Positions 61,561 to 64,000 of a stretch of 64,000 nucleotides of DNA are shown in pieces. This DNA is from Isurus oxyrinchus (taxonomy: Eukaryota), in NCBI GenBank assembly GCA_026770705.1, contig JANJGN010000071.1, positions 1,488,001-1,552,000 on the forward strand, in the 5' to 3' direction. The notes beneath the pieces were generated by a model that worked only from the letters and a program-made list of their open reading frames with translations, had not been told where the DNA came from and did no database searches. Each line of letters starts with the position of its first letter. The stretch's first letter is position 1. The position numbers were made by a program, and so were the translations under genes.

Positions 61561-61857
61561 ATTTCACAGATAAACCCACGATATTCCCTGCTGAAATTAT
61601 TGCAGGAAAGCGTGTGGATGTAAGCTGCACCTTCAACACAACGTGCAATGGAACAGCAGCACCTGTCTTAACCTGGGACACTCCCACTGACGTACCTGGA
61701 TCAGTCTCAAACACTGTAACTCAGCATGGTGTCACTCTGACCTATACTTCTGTTCTGACCCTGATCCCATCACTCAAACACCACGGACACACTCTCAGCT
61801 GCAGAGTGAGATATCCATCTGTTTCATCGGAGCGGACCCTCGTACTAACGGTGCAAT
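61561..61857 (+). CDS. Gene D first C2-set Ig exon; gene presumably continues beyond the window
   Basis: 297 nt, tgttAG acceptor, T|GTAAGT donor; extra Cys (CTFNTTC) typical of the Siglec interdomain disulfide. Confidence 0.9.
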
Positions 61858-62029
61858 GTAAGTATGGACATCCTTCATTCTACGTTAGCTGGAATAGTAT
61901 AAAATGTGCACAGCAAGCTCCCACATACTGCATTTTGTTGACCAACAAACCATTGGTCTTTAACTGGTAAAAGGTGACTCCTGACAGGCAGTACATCCTT
62001 AATACTGACTCTCCGACAGTGCATCATGG

Positions 62030-63750
62030 ACTCATAGACTCATAGACACTTACAGGACAGAAGGAGGCCATTTAGCCCACAATATCCATGCTGGTCAGCA
62101 ACTCCCTCCCCAAGTGCATCACCTCACACTTTTCCAGGTTGAATTCCATTTGCGTCGTGATCATTCCCCCTATATTTAAGTCCAATTCATTTATATACAC
62201 CACAAACAGCAAGTGCCCCAGCACTGAGCCCTGTGGAACCCCACTGGAAACAGACATCCAGTCACAGAAACATCCCTCCACCATCACCCTCTGCTTCCTG
62301 CCTCAGCCAATATTGGATCCAACGTGCCACTTTGCCTTGGATCCCATGGGCTCTTACTTTCTTGGCCTCTCTGCCAAGAGGCACCTTATCAAAAGCCTTC
62401 CTCAGCCCATGTCGACCACAACAAAGGCATTACTCTCATCAACACTCCTGGTTACCTCCTCAAAAGATTTGATCAGGTTTGTCAAACATGACCTTCCCTT
62501 AACAAATCCATGCTGAATATCCCAGATTAATCCTTGTCTCTCCCAGTGCAGATTCATTCTGTCCTTCAGAATTCTTACTAGTAACTTCCCCACCACCGAG
62601 GTTAGACTGACTGGCCTGTAATTTCCTGATCTATCCCTTCCTCCCTTTTTTAATAATGGGACAACATTAGCCATCCTCCAGTCCTCTGGCACCTCACCTG
62701 TGGCCAGAGAGGATTTGAAAATTACTGCCAGGGCCCCTGATATCTCTTCCCTTGCCTCCCTCAACAGCTTTGGATTCATCTCATCCAGGCTTGTGGATTT
62801 ATCCACTTTTCAGGCCACTAAACCCACTAGTACCTCCTTTCTCCGCGTTAATTTCCTCTCATATTTCACTGCCCTCCACCCTGATGTTATACCTGCATCA
62901 TCCTTTTCCATTGTGAAGACTGATGCAAAATATTCATTGAGGACTGTACCCACGTCTTCCAGGTCCACACACACATTACCTCGATAGTCCCTAATCGGCC
63001 CCACTCTTTACCGAGTTATTCTCCTGTTCTTTACATATTTAAAAAACCCCTCTGGGTTTTGCTTTATTCTACCCACCAGTGCTTTCTCATGCACTCGCTT
63101 ATCTTTCCTAATGTCCTTTTTCAGTTCCCCTCTGCACTATTTATACTCCTCTAGGGACTCTGCTGTATTGAGCCCTCAGTATCTGCCATAAGCTTCTCTT
63201 TTTTCTCAATCCTAACCTTTATGTTCCTTGTCTTCCAGGGTTCTCCAGACTTGGTCTCCCTCTTTGTCTTTACAGGAAGATATCTGCTCTGTACTCTCGC
63301 TATTCCCTCCTTGAATGCCTCCCACTGCTCTGACACAGTTTTATCTGCAAAGAGCTTCTCCCAGTCCACTTGGGCCCAATCATATCTCATCTTAGTAAAA
63401 TTAGCCTTTCCCCAGTTTAGAATTTTTATTCCCAGCACAAACTTATCCTTCTCCATAACTGTCCTAAATCCAATTGAGTTCCAGTCACTATCTCCCCTAC
63501 TGATACGCTTTCCAACTTCCCCGACGCTTTTCCATATATTAGGTCCAGAACTGTACCCTCCCTTGTTGAGCTTTCTATGCACAGGCTAAAAATCTTCTCC
63601 TGGATGCAACTTCAGAATTTTTCTCCCTCCCTACCTTGCTCACTAAAGCTGTCCCAGTTAATATTTGGGTAGTTAAAATCCCTGAGTATTACTGCTTTGT
63701 TATTCTTACACATCTCTGAAATGTGATCACATGTTGGATTGTCCATCTCT
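62030..63750 (-). mobile_element. CR1-like LINE ORF2 fragment (endonuclease linker to RT), degenerate
   Basis: VPEDWRMANVVPL, NYRPVSLTSVVGK, QHGFVKGRSCLTNL, SGVPQGSVLG. Confidence 0.92.
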
Positions 63751-63844
63751 CCCTGACTGTTTGTTGGTTTTATATCTTGAGTCTATGAGTTCACTGGTTG
63801 ATTAAATTCGAACTGCACTGCTTCACATACACTTGTTAGTTGAT

Positions 63845-64000
63845 AAAAACAAAAAAACTGCGGATGCTGGAAATCCAAAATAAAAACAGAATTACCTGGA
63901 AAAACTCAGCAGGTCTGGCAGCATCGGCGGAGAAGAAAAGTGTTGACGTTTCGAGTCCTCATGACCTCAGTTCTGTCGAAGGGTCATGAGGACTCGAAAC
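63845..64000. mobile_element. Penelope-like palindromic terminal repeat, truncated by the window end
   Basis: Same family as 5214-5430; gtttcgagtcctcatgacc...ggtcatgaggactcgaaac. Confidence 0.65.

Noticed and set aside
427-61857. Assigning MAG, CD22 or SIGLEC1 gene symbols
   Set aside because: Domains are Siglec-family, but orthology cannot be established without phylogeny; this looks like a lineage-specific expansion.

Overview
Vertebrate genomic DNA, almost certainly a shark or other elasmobranch, judged from DeuSINE/SacSINE1-like SINEs, CR1/L2 LINEs and Penelope-type termini. The window is repeat-dense and has 8 N-gaps. It holds a rapidly evolving cluster of Siglec/CD22/MAG-like Ig receptor genes. 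(A) An inhibitory-type gene at about 427-16788: an intact V-set exon lacking the sialic-acid Arg, a second V exon with a stop, a neutral TM exon, and a duplicated/triplicated cytoplasmic end with three ITIM/ITSM terminal exons. (B) A MAG/Siglec-like pseudogene at 31618-32785, cut by a Gypsy fragment. (C) An inverted duplication at about 48.9-55.7 kb carrying C2 exons and a TM exon with a charged Arg (activating type). (D) The 5' part of an apparently intact Siglec-like gene from 58944 onward. Inside the cluster, and absent from the ORF track, is a complete three-exon hepcidin (HAMP)-like gene (37698-42135). It encodes an 88-aa prepropeptide with an RQKR furin site and an atypical 29-aa, 8-Cys mature peptide, MGRQQLCRFCCNCCNWREPNETCGLCCRY. 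Most long ORFs in the track are artefacts of satellites, microsatellites, N-gaps and LINE fragments. Exon boundaries were read by hand from GT-AG sites and phase; repeat boundaries are approximate.
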